Source: Candidatus Latescibacterota bacterium (GTDB lineage Bacteria; Krumholzibacteriota; Krumholzibacteriia; WVZY01; JAKEHA01). From it: DNA of 64,000 bases. Shown here piece after piece: positions 33,111-43,954 of this stretch; position 1 is the first letter of the stretch, and each line of letters opens with the position of its first letter. Made by a program: the position numbers and the translations under genes. Below the pieces are notes generated by a model. That model was not told the origin of the DNA and made no database searches. It worked only from the letters and a program-made list of their open reading frames with translations. The DNA is taken from the NCBI GenBank assembly GCA_963707635.1, contig OY970173.1, positions 2,304,001 to 2,368,000 on the forward strand, read 5' to 3'.

Positions 33111-33881
33111 CTAGATATCGGCGCGCAATACGACCTGGTTTTCGAATCTCAAGTCGATCAGCCGCGTGAGATCCGCCCGGCCGGCCAACGCCTCCCGCAG
33201 CAGGAAGAACTTGCGCAGGCGCTTCTCGAACTCGCCATCGCCCAGGAGCAGCACGCGGTCGTCCCGGAGCGACCGGATCGAAAGCCCGGTGGCGGTCACC
33301 CGCACCTCGGAAATATCGGCGGCGAACTCGCCCCCGAAGCGGCGGCAGACGCTCAACGCTTCGAGCGCCCCGCGCACCTGCGGGTCCTCGCACACGTGTC
33401 CGGCGCGCACGCCGCGCGAGGAGACCCCGGTAATGGTGGGGAGATCGAGCAGAGCGGTGAACTCGTCGGCGGGCATCACCATCGCGTCCTCGTCGATCTC
33501 GAAGAATCGATCCGTGAACACCAGCGCCACCGGCTCCCGCTCGACGATCGTGCACGTCACCCGGTTGGGCAGTACCCGGCGGCTCGACGCGCTGGCGATG
33601 CGCGGGTGCGCCTCCAGCCGAGACTCGACCACGTCGATCGGGGCCAGGAAGATGTTCTGGCCCGCGAGGTCCGCGACCAGGGCCTCCACGTCGTCGCGGT
33701 CGACGCGCGAGAGGCCCGTCAGCTCGACTTTGCCCACCGCGAACCTCGCGGAGGTGGTCGCATAGTTGTACAGGTACATCGATGCGACGATGAGAACGCC
33801 GACGATGAACACCGCGATGACCCGGCGCGCGCGCGCACGGATCGCCGAGGCGTGGTCCTTGCCTTTGCTAGCGATTGCCAA
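33111..33881 (-). CDS. ftsQ: Cell division protein FtsQ/DivIB
   Basis: TM helix, POTRA-like domain, C-terminal IDLRF. Confidence 0.88.
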   Translation of the reverse strand: MAIASKGKDHASAIRARARRVIAVFIVGVLIVASMYLYNYATTSARFAVGKVELTGLSRVDRDDVEALVADLAGQNIFLAPIDVVESRLEAHPRIASASSRRVLPNRVTCTIVEREPVALVFTDRFFEIDEDAMVMPADEFTALLDLPTITGVSSRGVRAGHVCEDPQVRGALEALSVCRRFGGEFAADISEVRVTATGLSIRSLRDDRVLLLGDGEFEKRLRKFFLLREALAGRADLTRLIDLRFENQVVLRADI

Positions 33882-34782
33882 CGACGATCACCTCCGTCTT
33901 GAGTTCGACTCCGTACCTCTGCTTGACTTCCGACTTCGCCGTCTCGATCAGCGCCTCGACGTCCGCCGCCGTCGCCCGGCCGTCCACATTAATGATGAAA
34001 TTCGCGTGCAGCTCGGAGATCATCGCGTCCCCGATGCGCTTTCCCTTGAGGCCGCAGCCCTCGATCATCTCGGCCGCGTAGCGGCCGGGCGGGTTGACGA
34101 AGGTGCTGCCGAAGCTCCGCTCCCAGATCGGCTGGGTTTGCTTGCGCCCGATCGACCGGTCGTAGACGTCCTGGCGAATCTTTCCGGGCGCGCAGCGAAA
34201 CGTCGCCGCGACGATTACCGCGCCGGGGTCGATGCTGGTGCGCCGGTACGAGAACACGATCTCGCTCGCCCGCAGCGCCCGGGACCGGCCCGCCGGGTCC
34301 ACGATCCGCACCCGGGTCAGCACGTCGGCCACTTCCCCTCCGAACGCCCCCGCGTTCATGCGCACCGCGCCGCCCACCGACCCCGGGATCCCGATGCCGA
34401 ACTCGAGTCCGGAACGACCCTGCTTGGTCATCTTCCGGGCCAGCGCCGCAAACGAGGCTCCCCCCTCCGCGAACACGGTGGCCTGGTTCACGCGCACGCG
34501 CGTCATGTGCTCGGAGAGCTTGATCACCACTCCTTCGTAACCGCTATCCCGCACGATCAGGTTCGAACCCTTGCCGACCGACAGGTACGGAACTCCGTTC
34601 GCCGCCGCGCAGCGCACGATACTGGCCACTTCGGCGCTCGAGCGCGGGAGTGCCATCACCCGCGCGGGGCCGCCGACCCCGATGGTGGTGTGGCGCGCCA
34701 TCGGTTCGTCGACGCGCAGCCGCTCCCCGAGCACGCGACCCAGCTGTGTCACCACCTTCGCCCACGATGCCGCGGAACCCAC
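33868..34782 (-). CDS. murB: UDP-N-acetylenolpyruvoylglucosamine reductase
   Basis: GKGSNL, GIPGSVGGAVRMNAGA, GSTFVNP, HANFIIN. Confidence 0.96.
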   Translation of the reverse strand: MGSAASWAKVVTQLGRVLGERLRVDEPMARHTTIGVGGPARVMALPRSSAEVASIVRCAAANGVPYLSVGKGSNLIVRDSGYEGVVIKLSEHMTRVRVNQATVFAEGGASFAALARKMTKQGRSGLEFGIGIPGSVGGAVRMNAGAFGGEVADVLTRVRIVDPAGRSRALRASEIVFSYRRTSIDPGAVIVAATFRCAPGKIRQDVYDRSIGRKQTQPIWERSFGSTFVNPPGRYAAEMIEGCGLKGKRIGDAMISELHANFIINVDGRATAADVEALIETAKSEVKQRYGVELKTEVIVVGNR

Positions 34783-34785
34783 CGA

Positions 34786-36180
34786 TCATCCCTTGCTCTC
34801 GGCGGCGGTCGCGAGTCGCGCGAGCAGCTTCTCGCCCGCCCGGTAGATGTCGCCCGCGCCCATGGTGATCACCATGTCGCCCTCGCGCAGCTCCGCGCAC
34901 GCCCGGTCGAGCAACTCGTCCAGCGAGCGCACGTGCTCGACCGCCACCTTTCCGTGCGCGCGCACCCGATCGACGATGGTGAGCGCGCTCACCCCGGGGA
35001 TCGGCTTCTCCCCCGCGGCGTAGATGTCGGTGACGAACACCTTGTGCGCCCCGTCGAAGCAGCGCGCGAACTGGTCGGCAACCGATTGCGTGCGCGAGAA
35101 GCGGTGCGGCTGAAACAGCACGAACAGCCGCCGGCGATAGCTCGCGAGCGCCGCCTGGATGGTCGCCGCCACCTCGGTCGGGTGGTGGCCGTAGTCGTCG
35201 ATCACCAGCACGCCGCCGACCTCGCCCTTGACCTCGAAGCGCCGGCCGACGCCCTGCCACTGCTCGAGCCCCACCCGGACCTGCTCGAAGGGAATGTCGA
35301 GCCAGCGTCCGGCCGCAACCGCGGCAAGCGCGTTGCGCGCGTAGTGGTCCCCGGGGATGTGGAGCGTCACCTCGCCGAGCACGCCGTGGCCGTCCGCTAC
35401 CGAGAACCGCGTCCAGCCCGGGCCGCGCTCCAGCACGCGCCCGCACAGATCGGCGCTGCCGCCGAGCGAATACGTCACCTTGCGGCGCGCGATGCGCTCC
35501 GAGATCGCCATGGTGCGGGCGTCGTCCGCGCACAGGATCACCGCGCCGTAGAACGGGACCCGGTTCGCGTACGCCACGAACGCCGCTTCGATTGCCGCCA
35601 AATCGGGATAGAAGTCCAGGTGCTCGAGATCGATGTTGGTGATGACCGCCACCGAGGACGGCAGGTTGACGAACTGGCCGTCGCTCTCGTCCGCCTCCGC
35701 CACCACGTAGCGGCTTCCGCCCAGGCGAGCGTTGCTGGAGAGCGCGCGCACCTTGCCGCCGACGATCACGGTCGGGTCGAGTCCGCCCTGCGCGAGCACG
35801 GACGCGATCAGCGACGTGGTCGAGGTCTTGCCGTGCGCGCCCGCGACGGTCACGGCGTACTTGAGGCGCATGAGCTCGGCGAGCATTTCGCCGCGCGGGA
35901 TGGTCGGGATCCCCTGCCGGCGGGCCGCGGCGAGCTCGGGGTTGTCGGGCGTCACCGCGCTCGAATACACCACCACGTCCGCCCCCGCGATGTGGTCCCC
36001 GTCGTGCCCGGCCCAGATCGCCGCCCCCATCGCCTGCAGTCGCTCGGTCAGCTCGGACCCCTTCAGGTCGGAGCCGCTCACGTCGAAACCCAGGTTGAGC
36101 AGCACTTCGGCGATACCGCTCATCCCGATCCCGCCGATGCCGACGAAATGGACGCGCCTGGTTCGACCGAGAAAGACCAT
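34786..36180 (-). CDS. murC: UDP-N-acetylmuramate--L-alanine ligase
   Basis: HFVGIGGIGMSG, GAHGKTSTT, EADESD, DDYGHHPTE. Confidence 0.97.
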   Translation of the reverse strand: MVFLGRTRRVHFVGIGGIGMSGIAEVLLNLGFDVSGSDLKGSELTERLQAMGAAIWAGHDGDHIAGADVVVYSSAVTPDNPELAAARRQGIPTIPRGEMLAELMRLKYAVTVAGAHGKTSTTSLIASVLAQGGLDPTVIVGGKVRALSSNARLGGSRYVVAEADESDGQFVNLPSSVAVITNIDLEHLDFYPDLAAIEAAFVAYANRVPFYGAVILCADDARTMAISERIARRKVTYSLGGSADLCGRVLERGPGWTRFSVADGHGVLGEVTLHIPGDHYARNALAAVAAGRWLDIPFEQVRVGLEQWQGVGRRFEVKGEVGGVLVIDDYGHHPTEVAATIQAALASYRRRLFVLFQPHRFSRTQSVADQFARCFDGAHKVFVTDIYAAGEKPIPGVSALTIVDRVRAHGKVAVEHVRSLDELLDRACAELREGDMVITMGAGDIYRAGEKLLARLATAAESKG

Positions 36181-36198
36181 TTCAACCTTTCGCGCCGC

Positions 36199-37323
36199 TT
36201 ACGCCGCGAGCCTCACGAGCTCTTTTTTTTTAGCCGTCTCTACGATCGCGTCCGCCGCGCGCGCGGCCGCGTCCGGTTTCGCCCACTGCCGCATCGCGCG
36301 CGCCATCGCCGCGAGCCGCTCCGGGCGGTCGAGCATCGCTTCCAGCTGCTGCGCGAGGCGCGCGCCGTCCAGGTCGGCGTCGAGCACCATCTCGGCCGCC
36401 CCCGCCGTCACCAGCGGTTGCGCGTTACGACGCTGGTGGTCGTCCGCCGCGTACGGGTAGGGCACAAACACGGCCGGGACCCCGAACTGCGCGAGCTCGA
36501 ACACGCACGAGGCGCCGGAGCGCGCGACGGCCACGTCGGCGACGGCGTACGCCAGTTGCACGTCGTCGAGGTACTCGAACACGCGCACGCGCGACGCCAC
36601 CCCCGCTACCCGCCGCTCGACCTCCGCGCGATCGGCCGCCCCGCACAGGATCACGAACTGCACCTCGCGCGAGGACGCCAGCAGCGCCGCCGCGTCCGCG
36701 CCGGCCAAATTGAGCGAGTGTGCGCCGCGGCTCCCGCCGATCACCAGCACGGTCGTCGCGTTGGCGTCGAGCTGGAGTCGGGACGCCGCCGCCGGGCGGG
36801 TCGCGGCCGGCATGCGCCGAATCGGATTGCCCACGACGCGCGTGGCCGTGGACGCCGGCAGCCACGCGCGGGACTCCTCGTACCCGAGCAGCACGAGGTC
36901 CGCGAAGCGCGCGAGACGGCGATTGACCAGCCCGGGAACGCTGTTCTGCTCCTGCAGCACGCGCGGGATGCGAAGCAGCACCGACGCCACCACCACCGCC
37001 GCGCTGGCGAACCCGCCCGTGCCGAGCACGACGTCGGGACGAAACTTCCGCAGCACCGCCACCGCGCGCCCGACCCCCGCGCCGAAGACCAGGGGGGCAG
37101 CGGCTTTGCGCGCCAGCGACGCGCGGCGCAGCCCGTAGCCCGGGAGCAGGGTGTAGCGCATACCCGCGCGCTCGAGGATGCGCTGTTCGACTCCGCCGCG
37201 CGCGCCGACGAACAACGCGTCGGTGTCCGCCCGCTCGCGCAACGCCTCGACCACCGCGACGCCGGGGTAGACGTGTCCGCCGGTGCCTCCACCCGCCACG
37301 ACGATGCGCACGCTTTCGGTCAT
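36199..37323 (-). CDS. murG: Lipid II GlcNAc transferase
   Basis: GGGTGGHVYP, EQN, GNP, GGSRGA, RSGA, HQRRNA. Confidence 0.96.
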   Translation of the reverse strand: MTESVRIVVAGGGTGGHVYPGVAVVEALRERADTDALFVGARGGVEQRILERAGMRYTLLPGYGLRRASLARKAAAPLVFGAGVGRAVAVLRKFRPDVVLGTGGFASAAVVVASVLLRIPRVLQEQNSVPGLVNRRLARFADLVLLGYEESRAWLPASTATRVVGNPIRRMPAATRPAAASRLQLDANATTVLVIGGSRGAHSLNLAGADAAALLASSREVQFVILCGAADRAEVERRVAGVASRVRVFEYLDDVQLAYAVADVAVARSGASCVFELAQFGVPAVFVPYPYAADDHQRRNAQPLVTAGAAEMVLDADLDGARLAQQLEAMLDRPERLAAMARAMRQWAKPDAAARAADAIVETAKKKELVRLAA

Positions 37324-38534
37324 GAATCCCACTTCATCGCCGCCGGCGCGTAGCTGGCCCACTTCGACCGGGCCGGTCGCGCGCTCCGGGCGCGGCGGCG
37401 CGACAGGTTCAGCAGTACGCCCACGCCGAACGCGTTGACGACCAGGGCAGATCCCCCGTAGCTCAAGAACGGCAGCGGCAATCCGGTCACGGGGAACATC
37501 CCGGTGGCCACGAACATGTTGAGGGTCGCATAGACGAAAACCGACGACGCGATTCCGACGCCGAGGAGCTGGCCGAAACGGTCGCTGCACTCGGACGCGA
37601 TCTTCAGCCCGCGCAGCGCGAGCACCAGGAAGGCCCCGCTGACCAGGACGGTGAGCAGCAGCCCCCCCTCCTCACCCACGATGGAAAAAATGAAATCGGT
37701 GTAGGCGTCGGGCAGCCAGTTGAGCTTCTGCTCGCTGTTGCCGAACCCCCGCCCGAACACGCCGCCGGAGCCGAACGCGATCAACGACTGGTCGACCTGC
37801 CAGTTCAGCGTCGATCCGACGGACTGGCCGACGCCGAGAAACGCGAGAATACGGTCGCGAACGTAGGGGTGCCGAATCACCTCCACGGTGGCGAGAGACG
37901 CCCCCAGACCCACGAAGCCGAGAATGTGCGCCAGGCGCGCGCCGCCCACGTAGAGCATCACCAGCGAGATCGCTACCGTGGCGGCCGCGGTGCCGAAGTT
38001 GGGCATCGCGGCGATGACGCCGGCCACCAGCGCGACCGCGGCGGCGGCGGGCAGGAACCCCCGGCGAAATCGAGTGAAGTCCTTGCCCGACCGCGTGACC
38101 CAGTACGCGAGAAAGAACACCAGCGCGGTGCGCGCGATCTCCGACGGCTGTAGCGTCGTGTTGATGAGCGGAAGCAGGTACCACCGGCGCGTATCCCGGA
38201 TCGTGATGCCGAAGAGGAACACGCCGATCATGAGGACCACACCCACCACCAGCAGCATGGGCGCGGCCTTGCGATACACCCGGTAATCGACCCGCGACGC
38301 GAGAAACAGCACCACCACGGCGACCAGGCAGCGCGTGGCGTGGTTGCGCATCAGCACGAACTGGTCGCCGAACTTGCCGCCCGCGAAGAACGAGCTCGAC
38401 GACAGCACCAGGCTCACGCCGATCGCCATCAGGAACAGGGTGATGACCAGGATGCGCCGGTCCATCCCCATGTCGAGCAGCCGCGCGCCGGCGGACTCGG
38501 TCTCGGCTGGGTGGGGGCGGGGATCGTGCTGCAT
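37320..38534 (-). CDS. ftsW: SEDS peptidoglycan polymerase FtsW
   Basis: QPSE, LPDAYTDFIFSIVGEE, GLPLPFLSYGGS. Confidence 0.95.
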   Translation of the reverse strand: MQHDPRPHPAETESAGARLLDMGMDRRILVITLFLMAIGVSLVLSSSSFFAGGKFGDQFVLMRNHATRCLVAVVVLFLASRVDYRVYRKAAPMLLVVGVVLMIGVFLFGITIRDTRRWYLLPLINTTLQPSEIARTALVFFLAYWVTRSGKDFTRFRRGFLPAAAAVALVAGVIAAMPNFGTAAATVAISLVMLYVGGARLAHILGFVGLGASLATVEVIRHPYVRDRILAFLGVGQSVGSTLNWQVDQSLIAFGSGGVFGRGFGNSEQKLNWLPDAYTDFIFSIVGEEGGLLLTVLVSGAFLVLALRGLKIASECSDRFGQLLGVGIASSVFVYATLNMFVATGMFPVTGLPLPFLSYGGSALVVNAFGVGVLLNLSRRRARSARPARSKWASYAPAAMKWDS

Positions 38535-38543
38535 CGCTTCCTC

Positions 38544-39902
38544 CTAGAGGGCGTTGACGCTCGCCCGGAATACTTCGCCGCGCTCCTGATAGTTCTTGAA
38601 CATGTCGAAGCTCGCGCACGCCGGCGCGAGCAGAACCGTATCCCCCGCCCGCGCCGCGCTGCGCGCCCGCTGCACCGCGTCGCGCAGATCGAGCGCGTCG
38701 ACCAGCTCGCACGCGCCCGCGAGCGCGCGGCGGATGACCCCCTTGGCCTCCCCGATCAGCACCGCGCAACGGACCCGGCCGAGGTGCGGCGTGAGCGCGG
38801 AGAAGTCCCCTTCCTTGTCGCGTCCGCCCAGGATCACGATCGCCGGCCCCTCCACGCTCATCAGGCTCTTCACGGTCGCGTCCACGTTGGTCGCCTTCGA
38901 ATCGTTCACGTACGCCACCCCGTCGACCACCCGCACCAGTTCCATGCGGTGCGGGAGCGGGCGGTACGCGCGCAGCGCCGCGCGCATCGCGTCCAGCGGC
39001 ACGCCCAGCGCGGTGGCCGCGCCGATCGAAGCCAGCGCGTTCTCGAGGTTGTGCACGCCGATCGGCGAGAATTCGCGGCGGCGAATCACCTCCTCGCGCC
39101 GGCCCTTCCAGGAACGAACCAGCGCGTCGTTTTCAAACCCGACTCCGTCGGGCAGCGCCCGGCGCGAGCTGAACGGAATCGCCACCACCCGGTGCCGGTC
39201 CGCGACCGCGCGGGCGACCTCGTCGTCCGTGTTGTACACGTACGCAGTATCGGGCGTCGCCCGGTTCAGGATCCGTTCCTTCGACGCCGCGTACTCCGCG
39301 AACGAATGGTGGTAGCGGTCGAGGTGGTCCGGCGTGACGTTGAGCAGCACGGCGACGTCGACCCGGAATTCGTCGATGGTGTCGAGCTGGAAGCTGGACA
39401 GCTCCAGCACGAGCGTGTGCGGGTCACGCTCGCGCAGCACCTCGGCCAGCGGCGTGCCGACATTTCCGGCCACCACCGCGTCGACGCCGGCCGCCTCCAG
39501 GATGCCCCCGATCACCCCGACGGTCGTCGATTTCCCGTTGGTGCCGGTGACGCCGACGATGCGCGCGCGGGTGAAATGACAGGCGGCTTCGATCTCACCG
39601 ATGACCGGTACGCGCGCCGCGCGCGCGCGCACGACCAGCCGGTGGTCGAGCGAGATGCCGGGGCTCACCACCACGCAGTCGCTCTCGACGGCCGCCTTCT
39701 CCGCGTCGGCCGCGGACGCGACCGCGATCCGGTCCTGGAACGACGTCGCCGCGCCCGAGGCGCGGAAGCGCGCGAGCGCGTCGCCGTCGTCGTCGAACAC
39801 GGTCAGCGAACGGCCGTCGGCCGCGAGCAGGGCACTGATCGCGGCCCCGCTGCGCGCCATGCCGAGCACGAAGAAACGACGATATTCCGCGAAGCGTGCC
39901 AT
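38544..39902 (-). CDS. murD: UDP-MurNAc-L-Ala--D-Glu ligase
   Basis: GTNGKST, ELSSFQL, DHLDRY, NDSKATN, PACASFD. Confidence 0.97.
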   Translation of the reverse strand: MARFAEYRRFFVLGMARSGAAISALLAADGRSLTVFDDDGDALARFRASGAATSFQDRIAVASAADAEKAAVESDCVVVSPGISLDHRLVVRARAARVPVIGEIEAACHFTRARIVGVTGTNGKSTTVGVIGGILEAAGVDAVVAGNVGTPLAEVLRERDPHTLVLELSSFQLDTIDEFRVDVAVLLNVTPDHLDRYHHSFAEYAASKERILNRATPDTAYVYNTDDEVARAVADRHRVVAIPFSSRRALPDGVGFENDALVRSWKGRREEVIRRREFSPIGVHNLENALASIGAATALGVPLDAMRAALRAYRPLPHRMELVRVVDGVAYVNDSKATNVDATVKSLMSVEGPAIVILGGRDKEGDFSALTPHLGRVRCAVLIGEAKGVIRRALAGACELVDALDLRDAVQRARSAARAGDTVLLAPACASFDMFKNYQERGEVFRASVNAL

Positions 39903-39908
39903 CGCTCT

Positions 39909-40994
39909 TTACTGCAGCTTGAGCGTGCTCAATCCGAGCAGCACCAGGAGCGCTCCCACGATCCAGAAGCGCACCACGACCTTGTTCTCGTGCCAGCCGG
40001 ACAACTCGAAGTGATGGTGGAGCGGCGCCATCTTGAACACGCGCCGCTTGGTGAGCTTGAAGGACGCCACCTGGATGATGACGCTCAACGCCTCGGCCAC
40101 GAACAACCCGCCGATGACGACCAGCAGCAGCTCGCGCTTGAGGAGCACGGCGACCGCGCCCAGCGTGCCGCCCAGCGAGAGCGACCCCGTGTCGCCCATG
40201 AATACCTGCGCCGGGTGCGCGTTGTACCAGAGGAATCCAAGCGACGCGCCGACCGCGGCCATGCAGTACACCGCCAGCTCCCCGCTCCCGTCGAGGTACA
40301 TGATATTGAGGTAGTCGGAGAAGCCGCGGTGTCCGCTCAAGTACGCGAGCCCCGCGAACGCGAGAAACGCGAAGGCGGAGAGCCCGATCGCGAGCCCGTC
40401 GATCCCGTCGGCCAGGTTCACCGCGTTGCTGGTTCCGGTCACCACCAGCGCGACCAGCAGGATGAACAGCGGCCCGAAGTTGATGAACAGGCCCTTCGCG
40501 AACGGGATGCTGGTGAGCGACCCGGCGTCCTTCGCCAGCGGGCTCCAGTAGAGCAGCGCGCCGAGGGAGAGCCCCAGCACCATCTGGCCGATCAGCTTGT
40601 AACGCCCGACCAGCCCCTTCGGGCGCCGCTTCACCACGCGCAGATAGTCGTCCAGAAATCCGATCGCGCCCGTCCACACGGTGGTGACCAGCGCGATCTG
40701 GACGTAGCGGTTGGCGAGGTTGCACCACAGGAGCGACGGCACCACGATCGCGGTCAAGATGAGCACGCCTCCCATCGTTGGCGTGCCCGCCTTGGCGTGG
40801 TGCGTCTTGGGCCCGTCATCGCGGATCACCTGGAACATCTGGATCCGCGCCAGCAACCGAATCAGCGCCGGCCCGAGCAGGAAGCTGATCAGGAGTGCGG
40901 TCACCATCGCGTACGCCGACCGGAAGGTGATGTACCGGAAGACGTTGAACGCCGATATCTCGGTGTGCAGCGGATAGAGCAGGTGATACAGCAT
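39909..40994 (-). CDS. mraY: Phospho-MurNAc-pentapeptide transferase
   Basis: GTPTMGG, NAVNLADGIDGL, FMGDTGS, MAPLHHHFE. Confidence 0.98.
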   Translation of the reverse strand: MLYHLLYPLHTEISAFNVFRYITFRSAYAMVTALLISFLLGPALIRLLARIQMFQVIRDDGPKTHHAKAGTPTMGGVLILTAIVVPSLLWCNLANRYVQIALVTTVWTGAIGFLDDYLRVVKRRPKGLVGRYKLIGQMVLGLSLGALLYWSPLAKDAGSLTSIPFAKGLFINFGPLFILLVALVVTGTSNAVNLADGIDGLAIGLSAFAFLAFAGLAYLSGHRGFSDYLNIMYLDGSGELAVYCMAAVGASLGFLWYNAHPAQVFMGDTGSLSLGGTLGAVAVLLKRELLLVVIGGLFVAEALSVIIQVASFKLTKRRVFKMAPLHHHFELSGWHENKVVVRFWIVGALLVLLGLSTLKLQ

Positions 40995-41009
40995 CGAGTT
41001 TCCCCCGAA

Positions 41010-42425
41010 TCAGTTCTTGCTGCCGAGGCCATTCACCACGGCGGCCACCAGTTCGTCGAGCCGACACGCGCGCGACGCCTTTACCAGCACCACATCGCCC
41101 GCGCCCAGCTCCGCGAGCACGACGGCGACGAGCGGCTCGAGCCGCGCGTGCACCTCGACGCGCAGGCCCGGACGCGCGGCGGCGGCGGCGGCACGAACGG
41201 TTTCTCCCTGCTCTCCGAGCCAGAACACCCGGTCGATCTTGTTCGCCCCGAGCTCGGCGCCGATGGCGCGGTGCAGCGGTGCGGTCTCGTCGCCGAGCTC
41301 CTTCATGTCACCCAGCACGGCGACCCGGCGCCGCGCGGGGAGTGCGGCGAGCATGGCCAGCGACCGGCTCATGCTGGCGGGGCTCGCGTTGTACGATTCG
41401 TCGACCAGGGTGACACCGGCGAGCGCATGGATGCGCCCGCGGCCGGGCATGGGCCGCACGGACGACAGCGCCTCGCGCATGCGTTTCGCGTCGACGCCGC
41501 AGACGTCTCCGACGGCGAACGCGGCGCACGCGTTGAGGGCGTTGTAGTCGCCGAGCGCCGACAGGCTCAGGGGCTCGCCGTTCACGGTGAACGCGAGCCC
41601 CCCGTTTGCGAACGCGACGTTCGCGAGCCGAAAATCGGCCGCCGGCGAGCGGCCGAAGCTGGACACCTTTCCCTGCACGATGGCGCCAAGCTTCTCGAAA
41701 TACTCGTCGTCGCGCGGCAGGACCGCGCTCCCGCCCCGCGCGAGATGCGCGAGCAGCGAACCCTTCTCCGCCGCGATGGCGGCGCGCGACCCGAAATAGC
41801 CGATGTGGGCGTCACCGATGTTGGTGACGAGGGCGACGTCGGGGCGAAGCAGCCCTGCGAGCGCGTCGATTTCGCCGCGCTGGTTGGCCCCCACTTCACA
41901 CACCAGGTACTGGCAGTGCTCGTCCGCCCCGAGGACGGTCACGGGGACGCCGACCAGGCTGTTGAAATTCCCGGGATTCGCGTGCACACGGAACTTGGAT
42001 TTCAGCACGGCGCGCACGTACTCCTTGGTGGTGGTCTTGCCGCTGCTCCCCGTCACCGCCACCACGCGCGCGCCCAGGTGCGTCCGGTAGGCGCGCGCCA
42101 GCTCCGTCAGCGCGACGCGCGTATCGCTCACCAGGAACGCGGGTGCACCGCGCGCGTCCAGGTCGTCCATGGTCGCCGCGTCGGATACCACGAGGGCGGG
42201 ACTGCCGGCCCCGAACGCCGCCGCCGCGTGCAAGTGTCCGTCGGTGCGTTCTCCCACCAGCGCGAAGAAGATCCGGCCGGCGCAGTCCGCGCGGCTGTCG
42301 ATGGCGGCACCCGACCACGGCGCGCCCGCCGCGCCCGCGGGCAGGCTCGCGCGCCGGAGCACGCGGGCCGACTCGAGGGCGTCGCGCACCCATTCCAGAC
42401 TGCGCACGTTCACCGCGCACGCCAT
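41010..42425 (-). CDS. murF: UDP-MurNAc-tripeptide--D-Ala-D-Ala ligase (start may be GTG at 42413)
   Basis: IDSR, TGSSGKTTTKE, YNASPASM, LGDMKELG, VKASR. Confidence 0.95.
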   Translation of the reverse strand: MACAVNVRSLEWVRDALESARVLRRASLPAGAAGAPWSGAAIDSRADCAGRIFFALVGERTDGHLHAAAAFGAGSPALVVSDAATMDDLDARGAPAFLVSDTRVALTELARAYRTHLGARVVAVTGSSGKTTTKEYVRAVLKSKFRVHANPGNFNSLVGVPVTVLGADEHCQYLVCEVGANQRGEIDALAGLLRPDVALVTNIGDAHIGYFGSRAAIAAEKGSLLAHLARGGSAVLPRDDEYFEKLGAIVQGKVSSFGRSPAADFRLANVAFANGGLAFTVNGEPLSLSALGDYNALNACAAFAVGDVCGVDAKRMREALSSVRPMPGRGRIHALAGVTLVDESYNASPASMSRSLAMLAALPARRRVAVLGDMKELGDETAPLHRAIGAELGANKIDRVFWLGEQGETVRAAAAAARPGLRVEVHARLEPLVAVVLAELGAGDVVLVKASRACRLDELVAAVVNGLGSKN

Positions 42426-43954
42426 TGCGCCAGCTCCTCCTCGGCTTGCCTGCGATCGCTCCACGGATGTTTCTCGCCGCCCACCAGCTGGTAGTCCTCG
42501 TGCCCCTTGCCGAGGATTGCGACCATGTCGCCGGGCCCGCATTCGGCGATCGCGCGGCGGATGGCCGTAGCACGATCCAGTTCGACGACGACGTCGTCCG
42601 AGCGCTTCATCCCGGTCAGGATGTCCGCGACAATGGTCTCGACCCGCTCGTGGCGCGGGTTGTCGGTGGTCAGATAGCAACGATCGCACTCGCGCTGGGC
42701 GATACGTCCCATGAGGGGGCGCTTGGAGCGGTCGCGGTCGCCCCCGCACCCGAACACGGCCACGAGGCGGCGCGGCTGGAGGTGGCGGCAGGTGGCGAGC
42801 ACACGCTCGAACCCGTCCGGCGTGTGCGCGTAGTCGACCACGACCACGGGCCGTCCGCCGCCGCCCAGCGGCTCGAACCGCCCCGGCACTCGGTCGACGG
42901 CCTCGAGACCCGCGCGCGCCTGCGCGGCCGTGGCGCCCATCGCCATCGCGGCCACCGCCGCGACCGCCGCGTTGGCCGGCACGAAGCCGCCGAGGAGTTT
43001 CATCGACACGCGCACGACCTCGCCGCCGGCGAGGTGGAGTGCGAAGCGCGTCCGCTCGAGTGATACCTCGACGCCGTCCACACGGCAGTCCGCGTCGGAC
43101 GACGTCCCCACCGCCAGCCGCCGGCCTTTGAATCCCTCGCCGATCGAGCGCGCGGTGGCGTCGTCGGCCCAATAGACCAGCGTTCCATCCGGCTTGCGCC
43201 GGTGGCTTCCCGCGAGCGAATAGCAGAACTCCGCTTTCGCCGCGCGGTAGTCCTCCATGTCGGGGTGATAGTCGAGGTGGTCATGCGTGACGTTCGTTAG
43301 TATCCCGACCTCAAAGTCCAGTCCCCAGGTCCGATGTTGCCGCACGGCGTGAGAACTGACCTCCATGACCACCCCGACACACCCCGAATTGCGCATTTCG
43401 TTGAACAATTTGTGAAGCGTGAGCGCGTCCGGCGTCGTGTGCGGGTCCTTGACCAACTCGTCGATCCCGTGACCGAGGGTTCCGATCAACCCGAACTGCT
43501 CGCCGCCGTGGCGAAGAATCGAGCGCACCAGGTGTGCGGTCGACGTCTTGCCGTTGGTGCCGGTGACGCCGCACAGGCGCAGCGCCCCCGCCGGCTCCCC
43601 GAAGTAGCGTGCGGCCACGAGTGCGAGCGCCTTCGACGTGTTCTCCACCACCAGGCACGGCACGCCCGGCGGCGCCGGCGCCTCCTCCACGATCACCGCG
43701 GCGGCCCCGAGCCGGACCGCCTCGCCGATGAACCGGTGCCCGTCGGCGGTGGTGCCGCGCAGCGCCACGAACAACTCGCCCCCGCGGACCTTTCTCGAGT
43801 CGACACAGATGCCGTCGATCGCGGTGGCGCGCGCGCCGCCGGCGAGCGCGCCCCCGGCCAGTGGCCCGAGCGCGTCCACCAATGATCCCAGCGTCGTCCT
43901 CGGCATCGCGTCTGGTAGTGGCACTCCGGCTCGTTCCTCCACCAGTTCGGTCAT
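42410..43954 (-). CDS. murE: UDP-MurNAc-dipeptide--meso-DAP ligase
   Basis: TGTNGKT, EVSSH, DHLDYH, DYAHTPD, DNPR (mDAP specificity), GKGHE. Confidence 0.96.
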   Translation of the reverse strand: MTELVEERAGVPLPDAMPRTTLGSLVDALGPLAGGALAGGARATAIDGICVDSRKVRGGELFVALRGTTADGHRFIGEAVRLGAAAVIVEEAPAPPGVPCLVVENTSKALALVAARYFGEPAGALRLCGVTGTNGKTSTAHLVRSILRHGGEQFGLIGTLGHGIDELVKDPHTTPDALTLHKLFNEMRNSGCVGVVMEVSSHAVRQHRTWGLDFEVGILTNVTHDHLDYHPDMEDYRAAKAEFCYSLAGSHRRKPDGTLVYWADDATARSIGEGFKGRRLAVGTSSDADCRVDGVEVSLERTRFALHLAGGEVVRVSMKLLGGFVPANAAVAAVAAMAMGATAAQARAGLEAVDRVPGRFEPLGGGGRPVVVVDYAHTPDGFERVLATCRHLQPRRLVAVFGCGGDRDRSKRPLMGRIAQRECDRCYLTTDNPRHERVETIVADILTGMKRSDDVVVELDRATAIRRAIAECGPGDMVAILGKGHEDYQLVGGEKHPWSDRRQAEEELAQWRAR